DNA of 64,000 nucleotides from an uncultured Bacilli bacterium (GCA_944350445.1 CALVOW010000004.1:1154-65153), one strand, 5' to 3'; shown: positions 31,622 to 40,983, counted from the stretch's first letter. Notes: generated by a model from the sequence alone, not told the origin. Program-made: numbers and translations.

Positions 31622-32266
31622 ATGGAAAATAATTCTAAGCAAGCCGTTTTATCAATTGTTGGTATAGCAATTTTAGTAATAGCAGTAGTAGGAGTGTCAT
31701 TTGCGTTCTTTACTTATTCAAAAACAGGAACTACAAATAACGTAATTACTACTGGTAAAATTTCTTTTGCATACAACGAAGTAAACAATATAACATTAAC
31801 CAATCAATTTCCACAAACACCAGCTGAAGGAAAAACAAATGAAGCTTTCAAATTTAATGTAACTGGTACATTACCTGCTACTTCAAATGCAGTTAATTAC
31901 ACAGTAACAGCTGTTGCTGGTAATACAGAAGCTGATAAAACGAGAATGCAAGATAGTGACATTAATGTATATGTAACAGCTACTAATGGTGGTACAGTAT
32001 CAGGTCAATATGGTAGTGCAAATGGTGCTGTTGCTGGTAATAGTGCATCTGGATTCCAAATTGCATCTGGATCAATTCCTGCTGATGGATCACAACATCA
32101 ACATGACTTTACATTAACTATGTGGGTAAATGAATCTGTTACTATTTCTGATACTGATACTGGTGCTGATTATTGTGCTAGTGAAGAAGCATGTCAAGGC
32201 GATCGTACAGTTTATAGTGATTTATATTATTCACTAAAAGTAAATGTATCAGCAACTGACCAATAA
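31622..32266 (+). CDS. Secreted/anchored T/S/G/A-rich protein, TasA/camelysin-like (paralogue A)
   Basis: 214 aa with an AAGGAGGA RBS. The N-terminus KQAVLSIVGIAILVIAVVGVSFAFFTYSKTG resembles SipW-type signal peptides (G-T-x-A-x-F-T-D class). It is followed by ITTGKISF...ITLTNQFP, as in the mature TasA N-terminus. The functional call is tentative. Confidence 0.6.
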   Translation: MENNSKQAVLSIVGIAILVIAVVGVSFAFFTYSKTGTTNNVITTGKISFAYNEVNNITLTNQFPQTPAEGKTNEAFKFNVTGTLPATSNAVNYTVTAVAGNTEADKTRMQDSDINVYVTATNGGTVSGQYGSANGAVAGNSASGFQIASGSIPADGSQHQHDFTLTMWVNESVTISDTDTGADYCASEEACQGDRTVYSDLYYSLKVNVSATDQ

Positions 32267-32280
32267 TAAATATAAAATTG

Positions 32281-32302
32281 AAGACCAATTGGTCTTTTTT
32301 TT
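32281..32302 (+). terminator. Rho-independent terminator after paralogue A
   Basis: AAGACCAATTGGTCTT palindrome followed by a T-run. Confidence 0.75.
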
Positions 32303-32572
32303 AAATTTTTTATATATTTCAATTTTCTATATTTATCATTTTGAATTATATATTTTATAATCAAAATATTGTATTTACCTAGAATATTATTTTAATATTT
32401 TATTAAATTTTTTTGATTTAATAAAACATATTAATTTATATTCTTTTTTTAATATTTATTTATGACTTTAAAAATTTATCATTATTGTCAAAAATTAATG
32501 AAAATATCAAAAAAATAGTTGTAAAAATTTTATTAATATGCTATTATCATTATTGTAAGGAGGATATGAATT

Positions 32573-33238
32573 ATGAATGGAAATTCATCAAAGCAAGTTT
32601 TACTATCGGTTTTAGGAATTGCTGTTTTAGTTGTAGCTGTTGTTGGGGTGTCATTTGCGTTCTTTACTTATTCGAAAGCGGGAACTAAAAATAATACTTT
32701 AACAACTGGTTCAATTTTCTTTAATTTTACTGAGGGACAAGCAATTACTTTAACTAACCAATTTCCAATAGATGATACAAAAGGCTCAACTTTAACAGCT
32801 GCTGAGGGAGACAATGCTGTATTAACTTTTAGTGTTGTTGGATACGATGGTTCAGGAACGGGAATTGATTATACTATAACTGCTAATCAAGGTAATTCAA
32901 TTGCTGAAAAAACAAGATTTAAAGATAGTGAAATTAAATTGTTATTAACTACAACAGCAAGCGGTGTAACTAATAATTTTTCATCTGCAAAAGCAGTAGG
33001 CACTGATGGTTCACTTGCTACTGGTGTAACTCTTGCGACTGGAAAAATTACAGCAACTGATAGTGATTCTCAACAAACTGATACTTATACATTAAGAATG
33101 TGGATTACAGAAGATGTTGTAAGTATAGATGACAATGATACACCTGCTGATGGTGATAGTGTTTATACATCAACAGAATTTGGTAATTTATATTATTCAT
33201 TAAGATTAAAAGTAGACGCTAATACATCTGGTGCTTAA
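32573..33238 (+). CDS. Secreted/anchored T/S/G/A-rich protein, TasA/camelysin-like (paralogue B)
   Basis: 221 aa with the same RBS context. The N-terminal ~60 aa closely resemble paralogue A (VGVSFAFFTYSK identical, with a 26-nt identical DNA stretch). Shared C-terminal blocks are LRMWITED / LTMWVNE and LYYSLRLKV / LYYSLKVNV. Confidence 0.6.
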   Translation: MNGNSSKQVLLSVLGIAVLVVAVVGVSFAFFTYSKAGTKNNTLTTGSIFFNFTEGQAITLTNQFPIDDTKGSTLTAAEGDNAVLTFSVVGYDGSGTGIDYTITANQGNSIAEKTRFKDSEIKLLLTTTASGVTNNFSSAKAVGTDGSLATGVTLATGKITATDSDSQQTDTYTLRMWITEDVVSIDDNDTPADGDSVYTSTEFGNLYYSLRLKVDANTSGA

Positions 33239-33244
33239 TAATTA

Positions 33245-33271
33245 GGCTTTGAATTTCAAAGTCTTTTTTTT
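33245..33271 (+). terminator. Putative terminator after paralogue B
   Basis: CTTTGAA / TTCAAAG inverted repeat followed by T8. Confidence 0.5.
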
Positions 33272-33385
33272 GTCTTTATGTGTCAAATTATTATAAATTG
33301 TCAAATTTTTACAAAAAATAATTGCTTTTTAAAAAAAACTAGTATATCATTATAATAGAACATGGAGTTCAAAAGGAGGATACAT

Positions 33386-33679
33386 ATGAAAATAACATCA
33401 GTAGATGTGCGAAAATTTGAAAAAGAAGGATCTCGTATGAAAGGACGTGCAACTGTTCAATTAGATGATTGTTTTGTTGTACGTGATATTCGTATTATTG
33501 ATGGTGATAATGGATTATTTATTGCTATGCCAAGCAAGAAGGTTCCAGGAGGTCATAAAGATATTGCTCATCCAATCAATCGTGAAACTAGAAAAATGTT
33601 TGAAGATGCAATTTTTGAAGCTTATGAAAAAGCTGAACTAGAAGAACCTACTAATAATGATAATGAAGAAGAAGAATAA
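33386..33679 (+). CDS. spoVG: Septation/sporulation regulator SpoVG
   Basis: MKITSVDVRKFEKEGSRMKGRATVQLDDCFVVRDIRIIDGDNGLFIAMPSKK is the canonical SpoVG fold sequence. The ATG at 33386 follows an AAAGGAGGA RBS; the ORF-track start at 33362 is unlikely. Confidence 0.92.
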   Translation: MKITSVDVRKFEKEGSRMKGRATVQLDDCFVVRDIRIIDGDNGLFIAMPSKKVPGGHKDIAHPINRETRKMFEDAIFEAYEKAELEEPTNNDNEEEE

Positions 33680-33701
33680 AAGACCAATTGGTCTTTTTTT
33701 T
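33680..33701 (+). terminator. Rho-independent terminator after spoVG
   Basis: The same AAGACCAATTGGTCTT palindrome plus T-run as at 32281. Confidence 0.75.
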
Positions 33702-33733
33702 ATATATCTTTCATAAAATAAATTGGAGGATAT

Positions 33734-34027
33734 ATGGAAAGAGACAATCAAATACATAGCTATAACCATAATTTTCAATTAATAGAAAGAAAAAATGTTA
33801 GTATTAGTGGAGTAAAAAAAATCGATAGCTTTGACAGTGAAGAATTTTTAATTGAATCAGTTATGGGAATTATGGTTTTAAAGGGTGAAGGTTTAGAACT
33901 TATTAAATTAGATACTATGCAAGGAGTTGTTACGATTAAAGGAATGGTGAATAGTTTAACTTATGTAGATGAAAAATCAACTCAAAAAAACAAAGAAAAT
34001 TCCGTAATTAGTAGGCTATTTAAATGA
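33734..34027 (+). CDS. yabP: Sporulation protein YabP
   Basis: 97 aa. NFQLIERKNVSISGVKKIDSFDSEEFLIESVMGIMVLKGEGLELIKLD fits the YabP family, and yabQ follows with a 4-nt overlap. Confidence 0.82.
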   Translation: MERDNQIHSYNHNFQLIERKNVSISGVKKIDSFDSEEFLIESVMGIMVLKGEGLELIKLDTMQGVVTIKGMVNSLTYVDEKSTQKNKENSVISRLFK

Positions 34028-34302
34028 CTTTAATTATTCAAATTCAAACTATCGCTTATACTTTTTTATTTGGACTTTTCTTTGCTTTATTTTTTAATCT
34101 TTTACATAAAATTTTATTTACTAAAAGTATCTTTATAAATATTATTACTAATTTTTTATTTATTTTTTTTACAAGTTCTTTATATTTTTATTTTTTATTT
34201 AAAATAAACGATGGAATAATTCATATCTATTTTCTTTTAATTTTTTTGATTAGTTTCTTTTTATATAACCGGTTGTTTAAAAAGATTCGGTGGATTGGTT
34301 GA
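34024..34302 (+). CDS. yabQ: Spore cortex biosynthesis protein YabQ-like membrane protein
   Basis: 92 aa with three hydrophobic segments. It is translationally coupled to yabP and lies between yabP and divIC as in Bacillus. Confidence 0.6.
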   Translation: MTLIIQIQTIAYTFLFGLFFALFFNLLHKILFTKSIFINIITNFLFIFFTSSLYFYFLFKINDGIIHIYFLLIFLISFFLYNRLFKKIRWIG

Positions 34303-34379
34303 ATGGTTTGACATATTCTTGAAAAAATGTAAACTTTTTGGTATTATTATTACAATAGATAGATAAAGGATGTGATAAT

Positions 34380-34682
34380 TTGGCCAAAAAGAAAAAAGTA
34401 AAGAAAAAAGCCCGAAGAATGGTTACTTTTGGAGTTGCATCATTTTTATTAATTATTCTTATTAGCATAACTTTATTTAGTGTATTCACAGAAATACTAG
34501 ATAAATATAAAGAAAAAAATGAATTAGAAAATCAGCTAATTGCTTTAGAAGAAAAAGAAAAAGAATTAGAAAATGATGTTAAAAAGTTAGAAGATCCTGA
34601 ATATCTAGCAAGATATGCTCGTGAAAAATATTTTTATTCCAAAGATGGAGAATTAATAATTCGGATACCAGAAGATGAATAA
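34380..34682 (+). CDS. divIC: Septum formation initiator (DivIC/FtsB family)
   Basis: 100 aa with a TTG start. It has a basic N-terminus, one TM, a leucine-zipper-like coiled coil and then DPEYLARYAREKYFYSKDGE, typical of the family. Confidence 0.75.
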   Translation: MAKKKKVKKKARRMVTFGVASFLLIILISITLFSVFTEILDKYKEKNELENQLIALEEKEKELENDVKKLEDPEYLARYAREKYFYSKDGELIIRIPEDE

Positions 34683-34770
34683 TATTTATATTTGTATAGA
34701 TATTATTTTTTTTTATAAATTTCTTGATTAATAAAGTTTAATTTAGTAAAATACTTTCATGGTGAAATAA

Positions 34771-36090
34771 ATGAATTTAGTTTTAGATTTTTTAACTGAA
34801 AAAATAAATTTAAAAAAAGAAGATAGTATTATTGTGGGAGTTAGTGCCGGTCCTGATTCAATGTGTCTTTTGTATCTTCTTTTAGAATTAAGAAAAAAAA
34901 TTGGAATGCAAATTATTGTTGCTCATATAAATCATAATATTCGAAAAGAAAGTGTTCTTGAAGAACAATTTTTGTCTAATTATTGTCGTGATTTTAATGT
35001 TATATTTGAAAGTATGAAAATAGAAAAATATCAACATGGTAATTTTCATAAAGCAGCCCGTGATATTCGTTACAATTTTTATAAAAAACTAGTAGATAAA
35101 TATAATGCATCCTATGTTATGACTGCGCATCATGGTGATGATTTAATGGAAACAATTTTAATGCGACTTACAAGAGGTTCTACCTTAAAAGGCTATCACG
35201 GAATATCTTTAATAACTAATATGGATTATTATCAAATAATTAGACCAATGTTATTTGTTACCAAAGAAGAAATAGAAAAATTTAATAATTTAAAACAAAT
35301 TCCCTATCGAATTGATTCTAGTAATACATCTGATAAATATACAAGAAATAGGTATCGAAAATATGTTTTACCATTTTTAAAGCAAGAAAATGCCAATGTA
35401 CATTTAAAATTTTTAAAATTTTCAAAATTGTTAGAAGAAGCAAGTAATTATATTGAAAAAAATATAGATTTTGCTTATAATAATGTTTATAAGGGAAAGA
35501 GATTAGATATTTTAGCTTTTTTAGAATATGAGACATTTATCCAAAAATCTATTATTAGAAAAATTTTTGAGGTCGAAAGTTCTAATTTAAGTAATATAAC
35601 TGATAAGCATATTGATATTATTTTAGATTTAATTAGAAAAAATAAAACTGGTAGTATGGTTTATTTACCAGATTCTTTAATTGCAATAGTTGAATATAAT
35701 TATTTAAGATTTCAAAAAAATGTCAGCAATTATCAAGATTATTTTTTAGAATTAAAAGATGGCTTAATTTTAGAAAATGGTATGAAATTTATTAAATTGG
35801 ATAAAGAAGAATATGGAAATGATACTATTCATTTAAGTAGTTTAGATATAAAACTTCCTTTATATGTTAGAAATAAAAAAGAAGGAGATTATATTGAATT
35901 AAAAGGAATAGAGGGAAGAAAAAAAGTAAGTGATATATTTATTGATGAAAAAGTTAATAAATTAGATCGGAAAAGTTATCCAGTTGTTGTCGATAGTTTA
36001 GGAAAAATAGTTTGGATACCAAAATTAAAAAAATCAAAATATGATAGTAAAAATAATAAAAAGTGTGATATAATATTTAAATGTTTGTAA
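34771..36090 (+). CDS. tilS: tRNA(Ile)-lysidine synthase
   Basis: 439 aa with the PP-loop VGVSAGPDSMCL, HINHNIR, and a TilS C-terminal domain (GRKKVSDIFIDEKV). Confidence 0.9.
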   Translation: MNLVLDFLTEKINLKKEDSIIVGVSAGPDSMCLLYLLLELRKKIGMQIIVAHINHNIRKESVLEEQFLSNYCRDFNVIFESMKIEKYQHGNFHKAARDIRYNFYKKLVDKYNASYVMTAHHGDDLMETILMRLTRGSTLKGYHGISLITNMDYYQIIRPMLFVTKEEIEKFNNLKQIPYRIDSSNTSDKYTRNRYRKYVLPFLKQENANVHLKFLKFSKLLEEASNYIEKNIDFAYNNVYKGKRLDILAFLEYETFIQKSIIRKIFEVESSNLSNITDKHIDIILDLIRKNKTGSMVYLPDSLIAIVEYNYLRFQKNVSNYQDYFLELKDGLILENGMKFIKLDKEEYGNDTIHLSSLDIKLPLYVRNKKEGDYIELKGIEGRKKVSDIFIDEKVNKLDRKSYPVVVDSLGKIVWIPKLKKSKYDSKNNKKCDIIFKCL

Positions 36091-36101
36091 GGAGAGATTT
36101 T

Positions 36102-38099
36102 ATGAATAAAAAAGAGATAAAAAAAGGTATATTACCTTATGTAATATTAATTATAATTATGTTATTTGTTATTTACTTTTTTAATGTTTTTAATGTAAAA
36201 GTAAATGATTTAACTTATGACACATTTATTAATAATTTAAATAATGATGAAATAACTGAGATTACAATTACCCCAAGTATTGATGGTGGTATATATGAAA
36301 TTACTGGTAAATTAAAAGATTATGATAAAAATGAAAGTTTTCATGTTACTGTTCCTTTATCAGATGAAGTAATGAAACAAATTACCGATGCTAATTTAAA
36401 ATATGATTTTAAGATCAATGCTGAAAAGGATCCTAACAGTAGTATTTGGTTAATTGCTATTATTAACTTTTTACCTATAATTTTAATTGGCATTTTCATG
36501 TTTATAATTATTTCTAGACAGATGGGAGGAAATAATAAATCATTTGATTTTGGAAAAAGTCGTGCTAAGTTAGATGATAGTGCTAAAAAAATTACTTTTA
36601 ATGATGTAGCTGGTCTTAAAGAAGAAAAAGAAGAATTAAAAGAGTTAATAGATTTTCTTAAAAATCCTAAAAGATTTCAAAAACTTGGGGCAAGAATTCC
36701 GAAAGGTGTTTTATTAGTTGGTCCTCCAGGAACTGGTAAAACTTTGTTAGCAAGAGCTGTTGCTGGAGAAGCTAATGTACCTTTTTACTATATTAGTGGA
36801 TCAGATTTTGTTGAACTTTTTGTTGGTGTTGGAGCTAGTCGTGTTCGTGATATGTTCCGTCAAGCTAAGCATAATGCACCTTGTTTAATTTTTATTGATG
36901 AAATTGATGCTGTTGGTCGTCAAAGAGGGACTGGCTTAGGTGGAGGACATGATGAACGTGAACAAACTTTAAATCAATTATTAACGGAAATGGATGGTTT
37001 TGGAGCTAATGAAGGAATAATTATTATTGCTGCAACTAACCGTGCTGATGTCCTAGATCCAGCCTTACTTCGTCCAGGACGATTTGATAGACAAGTAACA
37101 GTTAATTTACCTGATGTAAAAGCTCGTGAAGAGATTTTAAAAGTTCATGCTCGTAATAAAATATTAGATAAAAATGTGACTTTAACAAATTTAGCTAAAA
37201 GGACCCCTGGTTTTTCTGGTGCTGATCTTGAAAATTTATTAAACGAAGCAGCTTTACTTGCAGTTCGTCGTAACAAAGATTTTATTACTATGAGTGAGAT
37301 AGATGAAGCAACCGATCGTGTTTTAATGGGGCCAGCTAAGAAAAGTAAAAAATATACGGATGAAGAAAAAAGACTTGTATCCTATCATGAAGCAGGACAC
37401 GTTGTTCTTGGTTTAAAATTAAATTCAGCTAATGTTGTTCAAAAGGTAACAATTATTCCACGAAGTTATGCTGGTGGATATGCTATGATGGTACCAAAAG
37501 AAGAAAAATACACGCAAACTAAAAAAGAACTATTAGAACAAATTACAGGTCTTTTAGGCGGACGTGTATCCGAAGAATTGAATTTTGGAGAGATTACAAC
37601 TGGAGCTCATAACGACTTTGAAAAAGCAACGAAAATTGCTCGAGCTATGGTTACTGAATATGGGATGAGTGACTTAGGTCCAGTTCAATTAGAACATCAA
37701 TCCGAAGGAGTCTTTTTAGGAAGGGATTACAACAAGAGTCGTAACTTTTCAGATATTGTTGCCCATGAAATAGACGAAGAAATTCGTAAAATTATTGGAG
37801 AATGTTATAAAAAAGCAACGGAAATTTTAAAAGAAAATGCTGATTTAGTTAAACTAATTGCCAATGCTTTATTAGAACGGGAAACTTTAACTAAAGAACA
37901 AATTGAGTATTTAGTTGAAAATAAAAAGTTACCAGAAGATACAACCTTAGAAGATATGACTTTAGATGAGTTAAAAGATCTAGCTAAAGAGAAAAATTTA
38001 AAAGGATATTCTAAACTAAGTAAAGAAGAATTAATTAAATTATTAAAAGAAGAATCAAGTGAATCTGATTTAAAAAATTCTGCGGAAAAAGAGCAATAG
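36102..38099 (+). CDS. ftsH: ATP-dependent zinc metalloprotease FtsH, with a C-terminal Rho_N/HeH-like tail
   Basis: Walker A GPPGTGKT, an SRH region and the zinc site HEAGH. I prefer the ATG at 36102 (AGGAGAG RBS) to 36081. The tail [30 protein letters not shown] lies at 37947-38054. Confidence 0.95.
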   Translation: MNKKEIKKGILPYVILIIIMLFVIYFFNVFNVKVNDLTYDTFINNLNNDEITEITITPSIDGGIYEITGKLKDYDKNESFHVTVPLSDEVMKQITDANLKYDFKINAEKDPNSSIWLIAIINFLPIILIGIFMFIIISRQMGGNNKSFDFGKSRAKLDDSAKKITFNDVAGLKEEKEELKELIDFLKNPKRFQKLGARIPKGVLLVGPPGTGKTLLARAVAGEANVPFYYISGSDFVELFVGVGASRVRDMFRQAKHNAPCLIFIDEIDAVGRQRGTGLGGGHDEREQTLNQLLTEMDGFGANEGIIIIAATNRADVLDPALLRPGRFDRQVTVNLPDVKAREEILKVHARNKILDKNVTLTNLAKRTPGFSGADLENLLNEAALLAVRRNKDFITMSEIDEATDRVLMGPAKKSKKYTDEEKRLVSYHEAGHVVLGLKLNSANVVQKVTIIPRSYAGGYAMMVPKEEKYTQTKKELLEQITGLLGGRVSEELNFGEITTGAHNDFEKATKIARAMVTEYGMSDLGPVQLEHQSEGVFLGRDYNKSRNFSDIVAHEIDEEIRKIIGECYKKATEILKENADLVKLIANALLERETLTKEQIEYLVENKKLPEDTTLEDMTLDELKDLAKEKNLKGYSKLSKEELIKLLKEESSESDLKNSAEKEQ

Positions 38100-38115
38100 T
38101 GATATTGCTTTTTTA
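38092..38115 (+). terminator. Putative terminator after ftsH
   Basis: AGCAAT / ATTGCT stem followed by T5; weak. Confidence 0.45.
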
Positions 38116-38173
38116 ATTTGCTAAAAAGATTAGGGTATGATATAATGACTTCATTGAGAAATGAGGTATTTTA

Positions 38174-39673
38174 ATGTCTTTTATTAGTAATTTATTTGAA
38201 GGAATAATAAATTTTTTAGGTAGTTTATATCCGACATTTAGAAATATAAATAATTTTATAGGAACTCTTTTACCGGCTTTGGTTGTATATCAAACAGTTT
38301 ATTTTATTATAGGTTTGTTTTGGACGAGGAAATTTAAGCCGGCTAAGAAAAAACATAAATATGGAATTGTAATTGCGGCTCGTAATGAAGAAATGGTAAT
38401 TGGGAATTTAATTGATAGTATTCATAAACAAGATTATCCCAAAGATTTATTAACAATTTTTGTTGTCGCTGATAATTGTACTGACAAAACGGCCCAAATA
38501 GCCAGGGAAAAGGGTTGTATTTGTTACGAAAGATTTGATGATACAAGAAAAACTAAGGGATTTGCCTTAGAGTATTTATTTGATCGAATTGAAGAGGATT
38601 ATGGAAGATTATCTTTTGAAGGATATTTTGTTTTTGATGCTGATAATCTTTTAAAACGTGATTACATTTCAAGGATGAATGACGCCTTTGATTCTGGAGA
38701 AAAAATGATTACATCATATCGTAATATTAAAAATATTGATGAAAATTGGATAACTTTAAGTTTTGCTGTGCACTGGTTAAGATCAATTCGTCATAATCAT
38801 CGTGCCCGTTCAGTTTTACGACTTGCAACTAACATTCAAGGGACGGGTTATTTATTTGCAAGCGAAGTAGTAGCAAATGGTTGGCATTATACATCACTAA
38901 CTGAAGATAGAGGCTTAACAGCTGATGCTGTTGCTCAAGGTTACCGTATTTCTTATCAAGATGCAGCCGAATTTTATGATGAACAAACCCCAAATTGGAA
39001 AGTTGCTTATAATCAAAAATTACGTTGGTCAAAAGGTCTTTTGATAAATTTCAAAGAATCAGGCTGGAAATTATTTGTTAATATTATTTTTGGAAGAAAA
39101 TATGCTAAAGTAAAATGGAGTAAAGAAGAAACAAAGAATCGACCATGGTGGAAAAAAATATTTATTGGTTTAAAAGATAGATTTATTATGTATGATACAT
39201 TCATGCAATTATTACCTACTAATGTTATTAATTTATTTCGTTGGATTTTAGTAGTTTTAATTCTTCGTTCTTGTTATTGCTATTCAACTGGTGTAAACAA
39301 TGTTGATTTTTTTGCTGGCGGGACTTATCTTGCAATGATTTTAAGACATTTTTTCAATATAAAAATACAAATACCAAGTGGAATTAATTCACTATTTGCA
39401 ACATTCTTAATAGGCGTTTGGGCTCGTTTATTTTATCGAATTGGTGCTTATATTGAGAAAATAATTACCCCTTATTATATTTTGTTTTTAGAACGAAAAA
39501 GAATTAAAAAAATTCCTTTTAAAAAAGTATTTTTATATAGTTTACTATGGCCAATTTTTGATATAGTAGGTCGTTATACAACGTATATTGCTTTATTTAA
39601 AAAAGTAACTTGGAAACCAGTTCCACATACTAGTAAAATTACAATTGATGATTTAAATAAAAATAATAAATAA
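38174..39673 (+). CDS. Processive family-2 glycosyltransferase (membrane-embedded beta-glycan synthase)
   Basis: 499 aa with an N-terminal TM pair, a GT-A core with VVADNCTD and FVFDADN (DxD), a TED motif (SLTEDRGL), QxxRW (QKLRWSKG) and several C-terminal TM helices. A TTGCTA-18 nt-TGATATAAT promoter lies at about 38118-38147. Confidence 0.85.
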   Translation: MSFISNLFEGIINFLGSLYPTFRNINNFIGTLLPALVVYQTVYFIIGLFWTRKFKPAKKKHKYGIVIAARNEEMVIGNLIDSIHKQDYPKDLLTIFVVADNCTDKTAQIAREKGCICYERFDDTRKTKGFALEYLFDRIEEDYGRLSFEGYFVFDADNLLKRDYISRMNDAFDSGEKMITSYRNIKNIDENWITLSFAVHWLRSIRHNHRARSVLRLATNIQGTGYLFASEVVANGWHYTSLTEDRGLTADAVAQGYRISYQDAAEFYDEQTPNWKVAYNQKLRWSKGLLINFKESGWKLFVNIIFGRKYAKVKWSKEETKNRPWWKKIFIGLKDRFIMYDTFMQLLPTNVINLFRWILVVLILRSCYCYSTGVNNVDFFAGGTYLAMILRHFFNIKIQIPSGINSLFATFLIGVWARLFYRIGAYIEKIITPYYILFLERKRIKKIPFKKVFLYSLLWPIFDIVGRYTTYIALFKKVTWKPVPHTSKITIDDLNKNNK

Positions 39674-39768
39674 TTTTTAAACCTGTAAAAAAGATGTTAA
39701 CTACTAGAAATATGTCGTTTTATATGCTAAAATTAAATTGTACATGGAAATTAATATATAGGAGGGTT

Positions 39769-40221
39769 ATGAAATTCTTAAAAATTAATGCCAAGGTACT
39801 ATTGATTTTATGTTTATTTAGTGGAATTTTATTTTTAAGTACAGGTTGTGGAGATGATAGTTCCAATGATTCAAACCCAGGTAATGGAAGTGAAGTAGAT
39901 AATAATCAAGAAGATGATAATGGTGATAATCAAACAGATAATAATTCCGATGATGGTAATGATGAGGAAGGAAATACTGGTACAGATAACAATAACGGAA
40001 CATCTTATAATGACAATGTAGATTATTCTGTTTGGGTTGCTAATACAACTATTAATACTGATAAAGATCAAAGAAGCTATAAAGTTATTTGGGGAGATAC
40101 ATTGTGGTTAATTTCAACAGCATGGGATGTTTCTTACCAAGAAATTGCCACATTTAATAATATTCCAAACCCTGATTTAATTTATGTTGATCAAATAATT
40201 TATAATCCACTTTTTAAATAA
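39769..40221 (+). CDS. LysM-domain lipoprotein with a D/N/G-rich linker
   Basis: The ATG at 39769 follows an AGGAGG RBS; the ORF-track start at 39694 is unlikely. It has lipobox LFLSTGC, a low-complexity acidic linker and a C-terminal LysM (YKVIWGDTLWLISTAWDVSYQEIATFNNIPNPDLIYVDQII). Confidence 0.8.
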   Translation: MKFLKINAKVLLILCLFSGILFLSTGCGDDSSNDSNPGNGSEVDNNQEDDNGDNQTDNNSDDGNDEEGNTGTDNNNGTSYNDNVDYSVWVANTTINTDKDQRSYKVIWGDTLWLISTAWDVSYQEIATFNNIPNPDLIYVDQIIYNPLFK

Positions 40222-40240
40222 ATATCAATATATACCGATT

Positions 40241-40267
40241 AAGAATCAATTTTTGATTCTTTTTTTT
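40241..40267 (+). terminator. Rho-independent terminator after the LysM gene
   Basis: AAGAATCAA / TTGATTCTT 9-bp stem followed by a T-run. Confidence 0.7.
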
Positions 40268-40353
40268 GTAAAAAAACGTAAATATTTTTTGAAAAAATTT
40301 ATTTTTAACTAATTTTATGTTATGATGTTTTATAGAAAGGTATAGGTGATAAT

Positions 40354-40641
40354 ATGATAGGAGCAGATTATAATGAAATTCACTCTGCAGCTAAACAAAT
40401 ATCAAATGCTGCTAATGATTATAATTCTAATGTTCTTGAATTGTATAATATAGTAGATAATTTAGCAAGTGTTTGGAAAGGTGATGATAATGTAGCATTT
40501 ATTAATACAGTAAACAGTTATAAAAAAGATATATTGGCTCTTGGTTCAGTTGTTAATAATTATGCTATATTTTTAGAATCAGCAGCTGTTAATCTAGAAA
40601 ACACTCAAAGTGGAATTCGTGATGCAGCTGGAAGGTTATAA
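40354..40641 (+). CDS. WXG100-family (EsxA-like) protein
   Basis: 95 aa with no signal peptide and helix-turn-helix-like composition. A central W-x-G (LASVWKGDDNVAF) is positioned as in EsxA (ANWEGQAF). Confidence 0.8.
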   Translation: MIGADYNEIHSAAKQISNAANDYNSNVLELYNIVDNLASVWKGDDNVAFINTVNSYKKDILALGSVVNNYAIFLESAAVNLENTQSGIRDAAGRL

Positions 40642-40655
40642 GAAAGGAGATTTAT

Positions 40656-40967
40656 ATGGCTTTAAATATAAGACCAGAAGAATTAAGAAGTAATGCTTCT
40701 TCCATGAAAAATAAAATTGAAATAATGAGATCATCTTTGCAAACAGCAAGTAATGTAATATCAACAACTAGTACTTCATTTCAAGGAACTGGAGCTGATG
40801 CTATTAGAAATAAATATCATTCTTTAGAAGGTAAGTTTAATGATTTCTACAATGCAATGACTAATTATGCTACTTTTTTAGAAACTGTTGCTAATAGATA
40901 TGAAGAAGAAAATGCTAATATAGCTAAAAAAGCTGAAGAATTGTTGACATCTGACTATAATTCTTAA
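40656..40967 (+). CDS. WXG100-like small helical protein (degenerate F-x-G turn)
   Basis: 103 aa starting 14 nt after the previous gene. The central SFQGTGADAIRNKY takes the place of WxG, and it has EsxB-like size and composition. Confidence 0.6.
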   Translation: MALNIRPEELRSNASSMKNKIEIMRSSLQTASNVISTTSTSFQGTGADAIRNKYHSLEGKFNDFYNAMTNYATFLETVANRYEEENANIAKKAEELLTSDYNS

Positions 40968-40983
40968 TTGATATGGAGGATTT

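Noticed and set aside
32485-32688. 67-aa ORF overlapping the start of paralogue B.
   Set aside because: It is out of frame with the conserved paralogue, and its ATG sits only 2 nt from the RBS. The paralogue frame is supported by similarity to 31622-32266.
39818-40071. Two minus-strand ORFs rich in His/Tyr or Ile.
   Set aside because: They are antisense to the D/N/G low-complexity linker of the LysM lipoprotein, so this is a repeat-composition artefact.
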